DNA of 64,000 nucleotides from Lama glama (GCA_028534125.1 CM052817.1:10914001-10978000); one strand, 5' to 3'; shown: positions 39,833-53,133, counted from the first letter of the stretch. Numbers and translations are program-made. The notes: generated by a model from the letters alone, not told the origin.

Positions 39833-40949
39833 GTCAAATAACAGGAGGCTCTCAAAATGCCTTTTATTTTAAAGGTTTTGGTTTTTCCTTTTTCTCTAGT
39901 CTCTTAGTACACTTTGAATCACGGTATGAGGAAAATTCCACCCGAATGAAATACAGTCCTTGCCAATAGCCAGCATCCATTTGAGATCCAGATCCAGAAA
40001 AATTATACAACTTAAAATGCAGTCAGGGTAAAGCTTTGAGAAGTGCTAATGAGATTCCTCTGAGTTGGACCAGTTTCCCAGTTCTCAGGGAAGGCTGCTT
40101 CGCCATGCGGCGCGGTGGACGTTGGCTCACGCGGAGGACCGTGCACGTGACAAGAGAGCCGGGCTTGGTGTCAGTCCCCTCTTCCCATCCATGAGCTGGG
40201 TGGCCTGGAGTGGGTAAATCAGCCTCTCTGAGTCTTACAGTCCTAACCTATGAAACTTGGGAAATGAGGCCTGTCATGCCACTCACGTCAAATTTAAAAG
40301 TTATAAAGGCTAATGTCACCATTTTTATCTGTTGCTATTCTGAGAAAGCTCCTAAAGATTTAGAGGGTGATAAAAATAATTGCCATGCCAGCCAATCTGA
40401 AATCTATGCTAGAAAAACTTTCTGAAATTATAAAAAACAACACCATTTATATTCATGGTAAATTTAAGGCATCCCAGTGGTGAAAACTATCATTGCTGAG
40501 TATTTACTGTGTACCTGACCCTATGCTTAAGGCTTAGCTGAGCTTGAATCTAATGAAATCAAGTGATATCCCAGCCCCATCCTTCCAACGGGAGAACTCA
40601 GGCTCAGAGAGATGGAATTGCACTTCCCAGGTCTTGTTAGTGGATAGTATAAGATTTAGGGTCCCACCCAAGAGGTCTGAATCCAGAAACTGTCCAGCTG
40701 ACTGACACTAGGCCCTGGCATGGAAGATAGAAAGATAAATGATGGCCACAGACACCTTCTTATGCAAACCATCAAGACCAGTATTGATCTTGTAAATGGA
40801 AAACCAATTACAGATGAGACTCATAAAAATGATACATGGAAACTTTCAATATTTTGCTTTAATTTAAAATATATAAATATTCATTCATTTAATAAAATCA
40901 ATATTTGGAATTTGTTTAGAAGAAGAAACACAGTTCTTGAAACACGTTT

Positions 40950-42720
40950 TTGAAGCATGTGGATTTTTCATATGTCATAACATAGTTGACTACCGATTCA
41001 ATGAAACAAAACTCCTCCTGGGGCAACTCTGGCTTCTGCATACTGAGATTTGGGCTAGACTTGATATAATACTTCCTTTTCCATGTCTTCGACATTTTTT
41101 TAATTTATCTATTTCTGTCTTGGCCTGAAGGATTTCATCCCCGACACTAAGAATATATTGCAATAAATAGAATCATTAGTTGATTGTTATTTATCATCTT
41201 CCTGTAAATCATTGGAACCTCCAGTTTGTCTGAGGTCTGTTACTAAACCATGTTCTTAATTAATCTCTTGTAGTTCAGAATTTTTCCAATGTTGTCAACC
41301 TGAGGCAACATTTTTCTCTTCTCTGAAATTTAGTAAATATCGAGCTGGGAATTTCACACCCCACTAAATTGAAAGGGAAGTCTCCTTTAATGTCAATGAT
41401 TTTTAGCCATTATATGTAACCTAAATATCCATGTCTTCCATTTTTTCTGAAATGAAACTTCAAATTTTTAAAACTTTTTATAGCCTCGTGATCCATAACT
41501 TGGAACAAAGAAGTTGGAGTATGTTATAAAAACCTGGCATTTATTTAAATCACTTTCCTTACATTCATAACTAAAACACAAAGAAGAATTAGATTACACC
41601 AAAGGTCTTCAAACTTTTGGCCAGAAATACAAGGTATGAGAAATTTTACATCACAGAAATTTTATATCACAGGCACACACATACTACACATATACACACA
41701 CATATAATAAAACAAATTTTCATGAAATACATTTACAACATACAATGCACACTATTTTCTATTCTGTTTTATTCTAGTTCATTTTATTTTTAAAAATCCT
41801 TTTCCCCAATTCAGTAAATTTATTTCATGACCCACTAAGAGTCAAAACCCATAATTTGAAAAATGTTGGTAAAGAAAGCAGAGGCTTTTTAGATGTCTAT
41901 TTTCTTCAAGTGATTCTTTGCAGAATGTGTACATTTGTGGGGAAAATCAATTTACAGAATAATTCAGAGTCTGTCTATGCTGATTTTTGTGAAGAGTACT
42001 TATCTTGTAAAAACAAACAATTTAATCTCTTAAATCTCAGACACTTTTTCTATTGTCAGTAATGAAAAATCAGAATTTGGAATTCCACCTGCATTGCTAC
42101 CAGCGGCTGCCGAGAATCTTTGCTTGGATTTTGTGTATACTCGTAGCACTGGCTTTACCTTTTGCACCATGGTTTTCTGGAAAACATCTTATCACTTAGA
42201 ACTGTTTCAACCTTATTGGAGAGTTATTCCCTAATAAAAATGTTCCTGTTGATAAGTGATTTTAACTCGTGTAAATTTGTAAGCAGCAGATCGATTAGTA
42301 GGTTATTTGGGCCTTCTAGGGCCCAATGCATGAGTACCATGGCTTTTTCCTACATTTAAGTCATCTATTAACTGCCCTAAAGTTTCAGTGATGCCAATCT
42401 TCTGGTACAGAGCCGTTTTCAGTAATATTGGTCCACAAATTTGCATTCTGTGAATTCTTTCTTGCATGAACCACACCAATAATAAATCAACTCTGATAAT
42501 TAGTGTTGGTATATTTAAATTTAGAACAAGAATTTAAATACACTTGGAAAGCTATATAATAGACCCCTTCTACGTGCTACAACGTTTCCCCAGAACTTTT
42601 ACCATTATCTTACCATATAATTTGACTCTAGTTCCTTTTAAAGCAGCATTCTTTAAACCTAAATTATTTAACTAGATTTTTCATAGAAACAACCCTCTTT
42701 ATTATTTTCACATTCCTAAT
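40950..42720 (-). mobile_element. Decayed near-full-length pogo/Tigger transposase (Tigger13-like)
   Basis: Colinear motifs: WFMQERIHRMQICGPILLKTALYQKIG (42473-42393); FRAVNR*LKCRK (from 42381); NKVETVLSDKM (42217-42185); KSKQRFSAAAGSNAGG (~42132-42085); YSSQKSA*TDSELF (41998-41957); FL*HTPTSLFQVMDHEAIKSFKNLKFHFRK (~41532-41443). Confidence 0.85.
41600..41868 (+). mobile_element. hAT-Charlie element (Charlie4-like) nested in the Tigger fossil
   Basis: Degenerate TIRs 'caaaggtcttcaaact' ... 'tttcatgacccactaagagtcaaaacccataatttgaaaaatgttg'; internal (CA)/(TTCTA)-rich body. Confidence 0.7.
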
Positions 42721-43041
42721 GTATTGACTTATGTAGTGTTTAATTGCATCATGATTATAGTAACAAGAGAACACTGCATACACAAAATTGGAGAAAATAT
42801 AAGTGACTCTTGATAAGCATAAAATTCAGGTGTAAGCGTTAGTGCACATGAGACTACAGCAAGGAGTCTGCTGGTGATGAGCATTTAGAGTGTGATTTAC
42901 AGAAGAAACAGGAAGCACTGGACAATCCAGGAGCAGGTAGGAGGAGATGGGTTACGAGAGCTTCTGCTCTCCCACGGTAGACATATGGGCAAAGCCCAGT
43001 GGAAACAGTCAGAAAGGTCCCAAGGCAAGAATTAAAGTGTT

Positions 43042-43134
43042 AGATAAGCAACAAGTCCCCACCGTATAGCACAGGGAGCTATATTCAATATCTTGTAGTA
43101 ATTTGTAATGGGAAAGAATATGAAAAAGAATAAA

Positions 43135-43175
<41 letters not shown>

Positions 43176-43254
43176 ATGTATAGCTGAATCACTGTGCTGT
43201 GCACCAGAAACAAATACAGCATTGTAAATCAACTATACTTCAATTTTTAAAAAA
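43042..43254 (+). mobile_element. Short 5'-truncated L1 3' end with (TG)n(TA)n
   Basis: L1 3'UTR 'gtatagcacagggagctatattcaatatcttgta...aaatcaactatacttcaat'; 15-bp TSD aagaattaaagtgtt (43027-43041) / aagaattaaagcgtt (43255-43269). Confidence 0.9.
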
Positions 43255-44869
43255 AAGAATTAAAGCGTTGCCACTTTATTTAAGATGCTCAAGCCCAGGG
43301 GATTAAAGGTTGGGGGGAAAGGGGGAAATGCACTAAGGAAAGATACTTAATAGCACAAAGCACTGCAACAGCTACCACTTCACAACAGACAACAAAGAGA
43401 CAGCTGGTGACTCAAGGCTTCTGGAAGGATTTCTCTGGAAAGTTTGCAAAGAGAAACTACATCTCTGAGCAACCCAAGAAAGGGCAAAAGGAGTTGAGAT
43501 TTATGGACCTGGCTCCTCTCTTTCATCTGCTGACTTCCGTTGGTGAAAGGCCGTCCCAGAGCAGGTTGATTCCTGCACTCTGTAAATCTGCCAGTCCCTC
43601 AGCACCCAATCAAGGACCCAGATCCCATATCCCAGAGTGGAACTGTTGACTCCTAGTCTCAAAAGCCTGAAACCCTAGGGGCTTGGCATGTGAGGCATGA
43701 AGGAAATCCAGGTGCAGGGCTTCATTTAGAATTCCAATCAGTTCAGGGAGTTCATAAGGATACTGGCAAAGGAGGTGATGGTATTACCCAGAGAATGTGC
43801 AGCAGCATTTTAAAAAGGGGGATAGCATGTCCAAGAAATCTGAGGAGGTATACAAGGTTTATGTGCAGCACAGAAAGCTTAGTAGAGAAAGCTTTGGGTT
43901 TTAAAGGACAGAGAAGTGGAGCAAGGACAGGCCAGGAAGAAGGAATGGTGCATTTTAAAAGACCCAGTGGGAGGAAATAGTGTGGCTTCTTCTGAAGAGT
44001 ACAAACAGTAACACATGGCTGGCATATGGGGCAAACCAGAGTATGCAAGCGGAGGAAGGCCCGCACATTTGATTACGGCAATCCTACCACACCACTGATT
44101 CCCAGAGCAGGTACAGTCAACCAAAAACCCCTCCATCATTATCCTTGTCACACATCCGGACCCAACCAGCACCCAGGTGTCCCAGTTCCTCGTTCTCATC
44201 TGCTAGGCTACACGCCCACCAAGAAAATACCCTCCTCATGAGAGCGGGGCTTGGGCAAAAGATGGAATTCAGATAAGGCTTAGAGAACATAAAACTGTTC
44301 ATTTCTCCCAAATAATGCAGCGTACATATTTCACAGAATTAATGTTGACAGAATTCACAGAATTTAGGGAAAAGCAAGAGCCAGGGCTCACGTGATATCT
44401 TCCAGCCATTTCAAAGCTTGCAGTTTCTTTGCCATCGGTAACCTACCATGGAGAATTCATTTCATGCCTGTCTACTCTGGTAAAACCTTGGAATGAATTG
44501 AATTGTTACAAAAAGGTGAAAATTAGGAATGCCAAGAGTCATTTGATGCAGCTAATTAAGAGTCGTCATCTCTGCAGTTTTGCATGTGTTTCTGACTTTC
44601 TTTACCTGTAAACTTAGGTTCTGAAGTTGTGTCTGATGAAAGAATTGTGAGAAACCCCTTTGCCTGTTGTCAAGGAGAAGGTTACCTCTTTACACTGGAG
44701 CTTTAGAGAAAAACATTCACTTTCAAATGATCTTTCTATTATTGGAATTATTTTGATCAAACTGAAAATCTGTGAGCTAAAATTTAGTTCAACTATGTGC
44801 TGGGGTTAGGGGATGAAAAAAAAAGAAAGAAATGGACCTACTTCTCCAATGACTTTCACTGTATTTAGA

Positions 44870-45960
44870 TTAAGATCCAAGTTCCTCTATTTCATTGCAA
44901 TAAAAAAGAATCCTAGCTCTTTATGTACGTTGTAATGTCCTACGCTCTGACCACTCCCCATTTATGTTCCCATCACTAACCACACCACCTTAGTGGCCTG
45001 CTCTCTTCTCCTCAAATACACAATGCTTGTTCCCACATTTGGGCATCTGGATTTGCTGATCCCACTGCCCGAAAGGCTCTCGTCCCCCAGGTCTTTACAT
45101 AGCTCAGCTCCTTCATGACATTCATATGTCAACTTGAAAGTCGTCTTCTCAACATGTCTTTCCCTGGCCCACACATGCCCATTAGGATGCCTTCAGTAAC
45201 AAGTGACAAAGAGGACCCAACCAGAAATAGCTGAAACAAAGCTGTAGTAACTCACACAACGCATAGCATAGAAACAGGCTAATTCTGACGCTGAATAATT
45301 CAGCAAAACTAGGTCTTCATCAAAGATCCAGGTCCTTTCCAACTTTTTACTCTGCTATCTTCAGCAGGTCAGCAATGCTCCCTTCAGGGTCACTGGGAAC
45401 TGCTCCAGACATCACAGGAGGACACAATGGTGTTCAGTGAAGAAGACAGACAGCAGCTCTTTTTAGTAGAAAAACCTTCACTCGAGGTCCCCCTGGCAGC
45501 TCTTCAATCCCATTGGCCAGGACCTGCTTTTCCAAAACTAATCACTGGCAAGAAGGAAGAGACAATCATGGCTGGTATTAAGGAGGGGTCTGGAGAAGGA
45601 TCACATTCCCTAAGAGGACCAGAGGGTAAGCGTCCAGGGAAAATTGAAGTTGTGCCAGCAAGTATGAAGGAGGCCAGGACTGGGGAAGGAATGGCTATTA
45701 AAAGACAAGCAGAAGCAATGACTACAACATCCAATCCAAAATAGCCCCATCACTCTCTAGTACAATGGGCCATTTAATCTCTGCAGAGAATGGAACTTAG
45801 CTTTATATTTCCCTTGATTCCCTTATATTTGTTTATTGTCTGAGGTCTCCACGCAGATATAAGCTCCATGAGGGCAGGGACCATGTCCATTGCTTCACAG
45901 GCTACTCCCAGCCCCAGAACAGTGCCTGGCACCCAGTAGGCAAACAGTGACTATTTTTGA
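44870..45960 (+). mobile_element. L2 3' region interrupted by a MaLR LTR (~45180-45730)
   Basis: L2 tail 'taagctccatgagggcagggacc...agaacagtgcctggcacccagtaggc'; insert starts 'attaggatgccttcagtaacaagtgaca' (MLT1K/L-like). Confidence 0.6.
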
Positions 45961-48154
45961 ATGCACGCATGCATGCGCCCACACCCATGCCCATTTTGCC
46001 TTTGCACACTTTGTGGTAGTTTGATATTCAACCTGACAAAGCAGAAAGATCCACCAAGACTAAACCATCTCCGCTTCATAACCTTGGGAGACAGTCCCTG
46101 AGTTCAAAGAGCATGGCTTTCATGATTTCAGCCAGCCTTTACAGGGAATTTAAAACAGAATGCAGCTCTTTCTTCCTAAATTTTGCTCCTCCTCCTCCAG
46201 TACTTCTTGAGTCCATGATTACACCCAGATGCCCAAGGTAGAATTTCAATATCGACCCCATTCCCCCTTCTTCCTCACCGACCCCCACATCCAAAATCAG
46301 GTCCTGAAGAACTCAGAAATCCATCCCCTCCTCTCAATTTTTGCTGTCACTAGTTTCCTTAAATTCTGTTAAATAAATTCTAACATCCTTGTCAACTAGA
46401 CTCTATCATATTTTGACTCATATTTCCTTATTTTTCAGGACCCAACATTAAAACGCAGCTATAAGAAAAGGATCAAGTTCATTATTATTTTGAATTACTG
46501 TACCATCAAGAACATACTACATTTCTGCTTTTTTCCATCCTGAATAAGGCTACATTCGAGAGGACAAGGGGAGAGAAAAGACAGTTTAAGCTGTTACTTT
46601 AAATGGCCACTTCTTAACAGTGGAAGAAAAGCTAGAGTATAACTCGGGCTTTTCAGCTTGGTACTCAGCCAATTGTGCAGAGTCCAATCCTGTAAAACTC
46701 CATCAGTATAGAAAATAAATGAAACAAAGGGAGTCCAACATCTTTTATAATTCTGGGATGTTAGCCATGGAGAACTTTGTGCTTTCAAACACACATCATC
46801 ATTGTTGAGATGACATCAAAGAAAATTTATGGACAATATGTGATGCCTTTGCCTCTCAACAAGAAAAGTCCATCTCTTCTCTAAATTCCCAGAACACTTG
46901 ATATGGTACATTCATTCTCATCCTCTCTAGTATGTGTTAAGTTACTTCTGACTTTATTATATCTCCCCCAGTCACCTGTGAACTCACTGAAGTCATACCT
47001 AAGTATAATAGGGAGTCTTAACTTATTGGGGTCATAGACACAACACGATCATTCTCTTTCCCGAGCTCTGCTTTCAGGCATACTCTGTTGAATCCCTCTC
47101 TCCCATCCTTTGATGACACTTGGGCAGAATACATAACCTCATGGTTGCTTTCAGTAATAAAAAGTTCTTTCTGTTTTAAAACTTCAGTTTCATCTCAGAT
47201 ATCAAGTTAACCCCATTTATCTCATGTGCTGGACACGTGCTTTGAGAGGATTTGAGTGGGAGGGTGTTCAGTCTGATTTTTCACTTCCTCCCCTTCTTAC
47301 TCAAGACAAGCTCTTAGTTCCTCAATAGTTGGGAATAACGAAGAGATGGGAGGAATGGGAAAGGGGCAAAGTCTCCTTACTCAATTAGATGTGTCTGAGT
47401 CTTCTCTTGACATCCACTGCTTTGGACCACTGATGCCCTTTATATAGTGAGCATCTATGTTCTGACTCCTCTGTGTGGCTTCCTCTGGGGCCCTGTGAAG
47501 GCTCGACAAAGTACAGATCCCTTCCATGGGAAGTCGGATTGGCCTTTTCTGTCTCCCATTCAGATCCGACTGGTGTTGCCGTCTCCCTACCTAGTAAACA
47601 GCCTGAGTGGACCAATTCCAGTATGTTCTGCAGCATCCGCTTAACCTCCAGGACACTCACCATTCTAAGTATGCCAAGTGACAACAGTACTGATTGCCCA
47701 GGTGTCAGCCTTTCTTAAGCTTTGCCAACTCATTCCCATTCCTTTTCCTTCTACCCAAGAGTCAGAAACACTACGTAAGTACAGGTGTGACTAATGACTG
47801 AGATGATTGTCACTGCTTCTGGTGAGTGGCCCCTATCCCACAAGGGACTCTCTGGTCACCCCTTTCACTTGACTTGGAGGGGAGAGGGATGAGGTAGTCA
47901 CTTCTTACCTGAACACTTCCCTCAGCACAAAAACCCCAAAGACTCTCTTCCTTCTTCCTCCCTGGTTTTCTCCTTCACAGACTGGGTGAAGAACCAAGGA
48001 GTGGTTATGGTGAGGTTCTCTCTTGCTCAAATTTGGGAACTGTTGACAGCTCTCTTTAGATGGAGGAAAACACTGTATCTTTTTCCCCTACTCTGGACTT
48101 TGGTTACCTATTTTGCAACCACAGGAAAAATTCCTACTAAACACCCTCTCCCAG

Positions 48155-48690
48155 GGTATCTATTTTCTGTCCCTGTGTAACAGATGACCGCAAACTTAGC
48201 AGCTTAGAACAATGTCTATTCATCATGTTGGAGCTTCCATCAGAAGTCCAGGTATGGTTTATCTCGGCCCTCCACTCAGGGTCTCAAATCTCCAATCAAG
48301 ACATCTGTTGAGCTGCATTCTTATCTGGAGGTTTGCCTGGGGAAGAGTCTACTTCCAAACTCACTCAGGTTATGTCAGATTTCATTTCCTTGCAGGTTTG
48401 TGACTTGAACCCATGTTTTCTTGTTTGCTGTCATAGCTTCAGGAGGCCACCCTCAGTCCCTTGCCACAGGGATCCCACCATAGGCCCTCCTACAAATTAC
48501 AGAGTACTTCTTCAGAGCCAGCAGAAGTATCTCTTACTCCCATTTGCTTAGAGTCTTCTGTAACATAACAATGATGGGAGTGACCATCACATCACATTTT
48601 CTGTTGTCTAGAAGCAAGTCACAGGTCCTACCCACACTCTAGGGGAGGGGATATGCATTGGAGGCCCCCGTAGGGTGTGTCCACCACCCA
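48155..48690 (-). mobile_element. MaLR LTR (MLT1-type)
   Basis: 'tgtgtaacagatgaccgcaaacttagcagcttagaacaa...tagaagcaagtcacaggtcctacccacactctaggggagggg'. Confidence 0.75.
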
Positions 48691-51600
48691 CAGATTCCCT
48701 TCCTTCATTCCCTATATAGATGGCATGATATGTGCAAATCACACTGTGTTGAGTGAGACAAAAATGATTAAGACAAGCCCCTTCCTTGAGAAGGTCATAT
48801 ACAAGCAGGAGATACAGTCCTGTAAATGGCAAAATTGTAGTTTGTAATAAATGTCCACTTATAGTTATGTACAGGACACCAGCCAGAGCCAAGAGCCCTG
48901 GTATTACATGTTGAAAGAAGGAAAAGTTCATGGAGGAGGTATTGTTTGCATAGGCATTTAAACATGGTGGAGGGTTCACAACATTTAGCACAGTGCTTCA
49001 CCTGCATCAGGAATTCAGCTAATGTACAGTGAGTGAAAAAAACAAATGGATGTGAACAAAGAAATAACTTTCCAAATGAACAGAGTAAAGGCTTGGGGAA
49101 ACTCCTGACATCATAGCAATTCCAACGTAACAATGGGTGCAGGGTTGGTGTTAAAGGTCTAACTGGTCACATACTACACAGGCCTTAAGAACTTAAAATC
49201 CTTCAAGCATCAGTGTCTTCATTCCATACCTATGAAGTAGCTTAAGGTGCCAGAGAGAACAGGGGAGAGGAATGCTATTTCAGAGCCAAGAACAGGTGAG
49301 TAGAAGGATGGGAACTCAGGGCAAGGGGCTGGCAGAACACCTGTCAGAGGAAGGAGAAGACAGAGCTGTCTCAGTATTGTACCTGGACAGGTGATTCCAG
49401 ACCAGTGCAGTGCAGTCATCCACTTCCAAACCTTCTACTTTCAGACAACCTGCATTTCATACACCATGTCCTGACACCATAAACTGCCTTTGATAGACCC
49501 AAGAAAGACTTTCCTCTATGCATTGACAAATGAACACTTTGAACTGTTTAATAGTAGGACTTGCTAAATTTCTGTCTGACAACGTCACCATCTTGGGTGC
49601 ACAATAGTGTTTAATGCATAAATATGGATATAATATTGCAAAGATCACTAAACAGGGTTCTGGGGAGCCCGCTGAAGTCCCTGTGTCCCTCTCCTGATTT
49701 TAATCATGATTGCTCTATTCTATATGTTTTACAAACTTGGACCCTGGAGTGATTCTATTTGAAGAGAGTTTCACTGTTTGTCTCAAAAAAAACCACTGTT
49801 TTATTCTTTTCCCTACTTTTTAATAAAAATCAGGATAAACTGGAAAAATTAAAGTCCTGACACAAGTGATAGAAAGCATAAGCCTCATGAACATGTTGCA
49901 ATCAAAATTAAGATGGAAATCTTTAAGCACACCCAAAGCAGCAAAGCTTGGCTTCAATTCAATGTTTGATGATCTTAGCTTGGGTCAACCAGACATTCTA
50001 GTATTTGCGAAGGGAAAGAAATGAAAAATTAACATACAAAAAGATCATTAATAATATACTGTTGAAGACTGCAACGAAAAGTGAAGATGTAATTAGGAAT
50101 CTTATGGTGTGTTAGGTTCTCTGGAATGGAGCTCCCACCCTAGCATGAATGTCTGTATCTGTTACACATCTGAGGTTAGTGCGTACATGTTCTTAGGAAT
50201 GTGCGTGTACAAAAAAAAAATAGAATATCTGCAAAAATGGAATTGCTTTTATTAAATAAAGTCATGAATTACTGACTACCACCAAGTAATGCATCTTGAA
50301 TCTATTATTCTCAATATACACACCATGCAAGACGTATCCTTTCTTTGGGTTTTACTTTCACTTTCAAAATTCATCTCAAAATTCGTTAGTTTCAGTCCAA
50401 ATCTACTTTCTTTTATTCTTAATTCTGGCCTTTGCTTTCACTAAGGATTCTAATCACTTTGCTCATATTATAACAAACAAACAAAAAAAAGCTTAAGAAA
50501 ATCATGGCAAATACTTCTTAGACTGGTCCTGCTCTTCTGCCCTGCCTGCTTCATTTCAAATTATTCAAAGTATGATCAGAGTTTCTGATCACTACAGTAA
50601 GAAGTCAAAAACAAGCAAGGCCTCATTTTTAGGAGGTAAATACGACAGAGATCCACTTGGCCTTGGCAGTGACAAAAACAAACATTAAAGCAAATAGAAT
50701 TAGCATGCAGAAGCATGATCTCCTCTTTTGAACATTACAAGAATGAGAAATCTAAGTCTTAATGACCAAATATTTCAACAGGCAGCATCTTAAACTTATT
50801 TTTCAGATCTTCACTGTCTTCCTAGACACTGTCTTGCATTTCTTCCCTCCCTGAATCCTTTCAACAAATAATAGCCTTTCTCTCTGTAAACATTCAGCAG
50901 TCCAATAAACAAGCATAAGACACCTATCATGAGCATTGTACCATCCCAAGTGCTATGGAAGACAGAGGTGAGCTTACCTGGGAGCTTAGAGGTTAGCAGG
51001 GAAGCTAACTCATGTAATCTAGCAAAAAAATAAAAATAAAAACAAACAAAGAGGGAAAAAAGATGAGGGTTTTTTTTGGAAAAGGTAGCATTTGAGCTGG
51101 TTTTGAAAGATTCATAAGATTTAAACATGCAAAGATGAAGGTATCCCTAGTAAGGGAACTCATGAATAAACATGCCAAAATGATAAAGCATAAAATAGTT
51201 CAGAAAAAGAAACATAGAACTTCAGCTTTGGAGCCTAAAAAACAGTTTCAAATCCTAGCTAATTAAGCCAGTTCAGACATCCTGGAAGTCACAAAGGACT
51301 CTTTTCTCTGGGATGCTGAAACATGATGTTGAGATGTAGACATTACTTTGGTCCTTTGAGGCAGCACATTTTTTCCAATGTGGCCCAATCTTTCCTTCTC
51401 TTCACCACCCATCTCATGCCATGTTTACTCTCAGTTCCTCAGATACATAAAGGCACCTGCCCAAGGACATACATTTTTCAGAGCCTATATTCGACCTGAA
51501 ATCTCTCACAGTTCAAATCTCGCACTCAGGCAAGATTAGCTGCCCACATCCCCTCACCTCCTGCACTAGAATCTGTCTCCTCTAGTTTTAGCCATCCTGG

Positions 51601-52089
51601 GAGCTCAGCATACATGCATCCCACCCACACCTTGCTAGGCAACCAGCAGCACTGGAAAAAAGAAGCACAAGTTTAATGCCGCCAATGGACCTCTGTTCTT
51701 CCCTGCACCATTTTAGGTAACAAAGAAATTAGTAGCCACCACATGCATTCCCTGGGTCTAAGCCTGACATGTGTCATTTTATAATAACACACAAAAAATA
51801 TCAACTGAAAGCCCAACATCTTGGGAACAATAAACTAAGGAAAAATATATTTAATATCACAATGATCTACTCCACTGTGACACATTAAGATATTTTTAAG
51901 GCCCATTTCAAGCTTCCATCTGGGAAGAAGTATCTTCCCAGGCATAGTGGGGAAGAGAAAACAGAGACCCCAACCAAATCAGATCCTCTTGTAAGTAAGG
52001 AGTAAGCTACTCCACAGTGAGAGAAGTCAACTTCTATAAATACGCATGAACCCACGGAGGCTGGTCATTCCTAGGCATCATTAACATGG

Positions 52090-52485
52090 TGTCTCAGCTC
52101 AGGCTGCTATGACAAATTGCCACAGACTATAGCTTAAACAACGAACATTTATTTCTCACAATTCTGGAGATTGGGAAGTCCAAGATTAGGGTGCTGGCTG
52201 ATGGGGTATCTGATGAGAGCCCTCTTCCTGATTTACAGATGTCATCTTCTCATTGTATCCTCACATGGTGGAAAGCAGAGATAGCGAGAGAGAGAGAGAG
52301 ATGGAGAGAGAGAGGATGGAGAGAGAGAGAGAGCTCTCCTGTCTCTTCCAATCCCAGTCTTGTGGGTGCCATAATTGTGACCCAATTACCTCCCAAAGAT
52401 CCCCACCCCCTAATACTATCACATTAGGGGTTAGGATCTTAACATATGAATTCTGAGAGGACACAAACGTTCAGTCCATAATGCA
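52090..52485 (-). mobile_element. Solo MaLR LTR (MLT1A-like) with internal (GA)n expansion
   Basis: 'tgtctcagctcaggctgctatgacaaa...gaggacacaaacgttcagtccata'; GA-rich tract ~52277-52333. Confidence 0.85.
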
Positions 52486-53133
52486 TGGTCTTTACAACTA
52501 TTCTACTTCCTGTAGATTTTTTAAAAATATTGTTTATTTGTGAGAATTCCAGCTCAAAGAGGTTAAGGAATATGCCTAAAGTTGCATCACAAATTAGTCA
52601 CCATGCAGGAAGCAGAAATTCAAACCTGGATCTGCTGGACCCTAAATCCTAACTTCTTATCCTTACATGGAGCTATATCCTGAATGTCAGTCCCTTTAGA
52701 ATCTACCCCATGTCGTCACTCCCATCTGACCTCTCCTTTTTGAACTCTGTTCTTATTCTACCCTAAATTCTCTGATTTGCCAAGATTTATCGAGTGTTTG
52801 CAATGTGCTAAGTCCTGTTCTGAATGATTCACAAGCACAGTCTCACTTGATTTTCACAACAGCCTAATGAAGTAAGCAGAACTGGTCCTCAGAACGGGAA
52901 CAGCCATCCTGATTGTTTAGAGACTGCATGCATCCTGGCTGGTCAGCGCCACACCAACAGCTGTGAACTAGCTTTAATACCACTCCTGGTGCAGCCTGCC
53001 TGCCCCTGCACCACACGTAATAATCACATAAATGTGAAATGTGTTTTCATTCTCTGTGCTTTCACTCATACTAGTCTTGACCAGACTTTCCATTTCTCTA
53101 CTGATGGAAAAAGTTTCTAATAAGTGTCTTGGC

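Noticed and set aside
42159..42176. Apparent 18-nt minus-strand microexon (ttttccag|AAAACCATGGTGCAAAAG|gtaaag)
   Set aside because: It lies inside the Tigger fossil and is explained as part of the degenerate KMLP.KT transposase motif
46598..46690. Minus-strand exon-like stretch (ttttacag|GATTGGACTC...) with open frames
   Set aside because: No good donor site and no recognisable peptide
50570..50595. Small hairpin tgatcaga-gtt-tctgatca (similar 8-bp inverted repeat at 47532-47571)
   Set aside because: Short stems like these are expected by chance in 64 kb and are too short for a pre-miRNA
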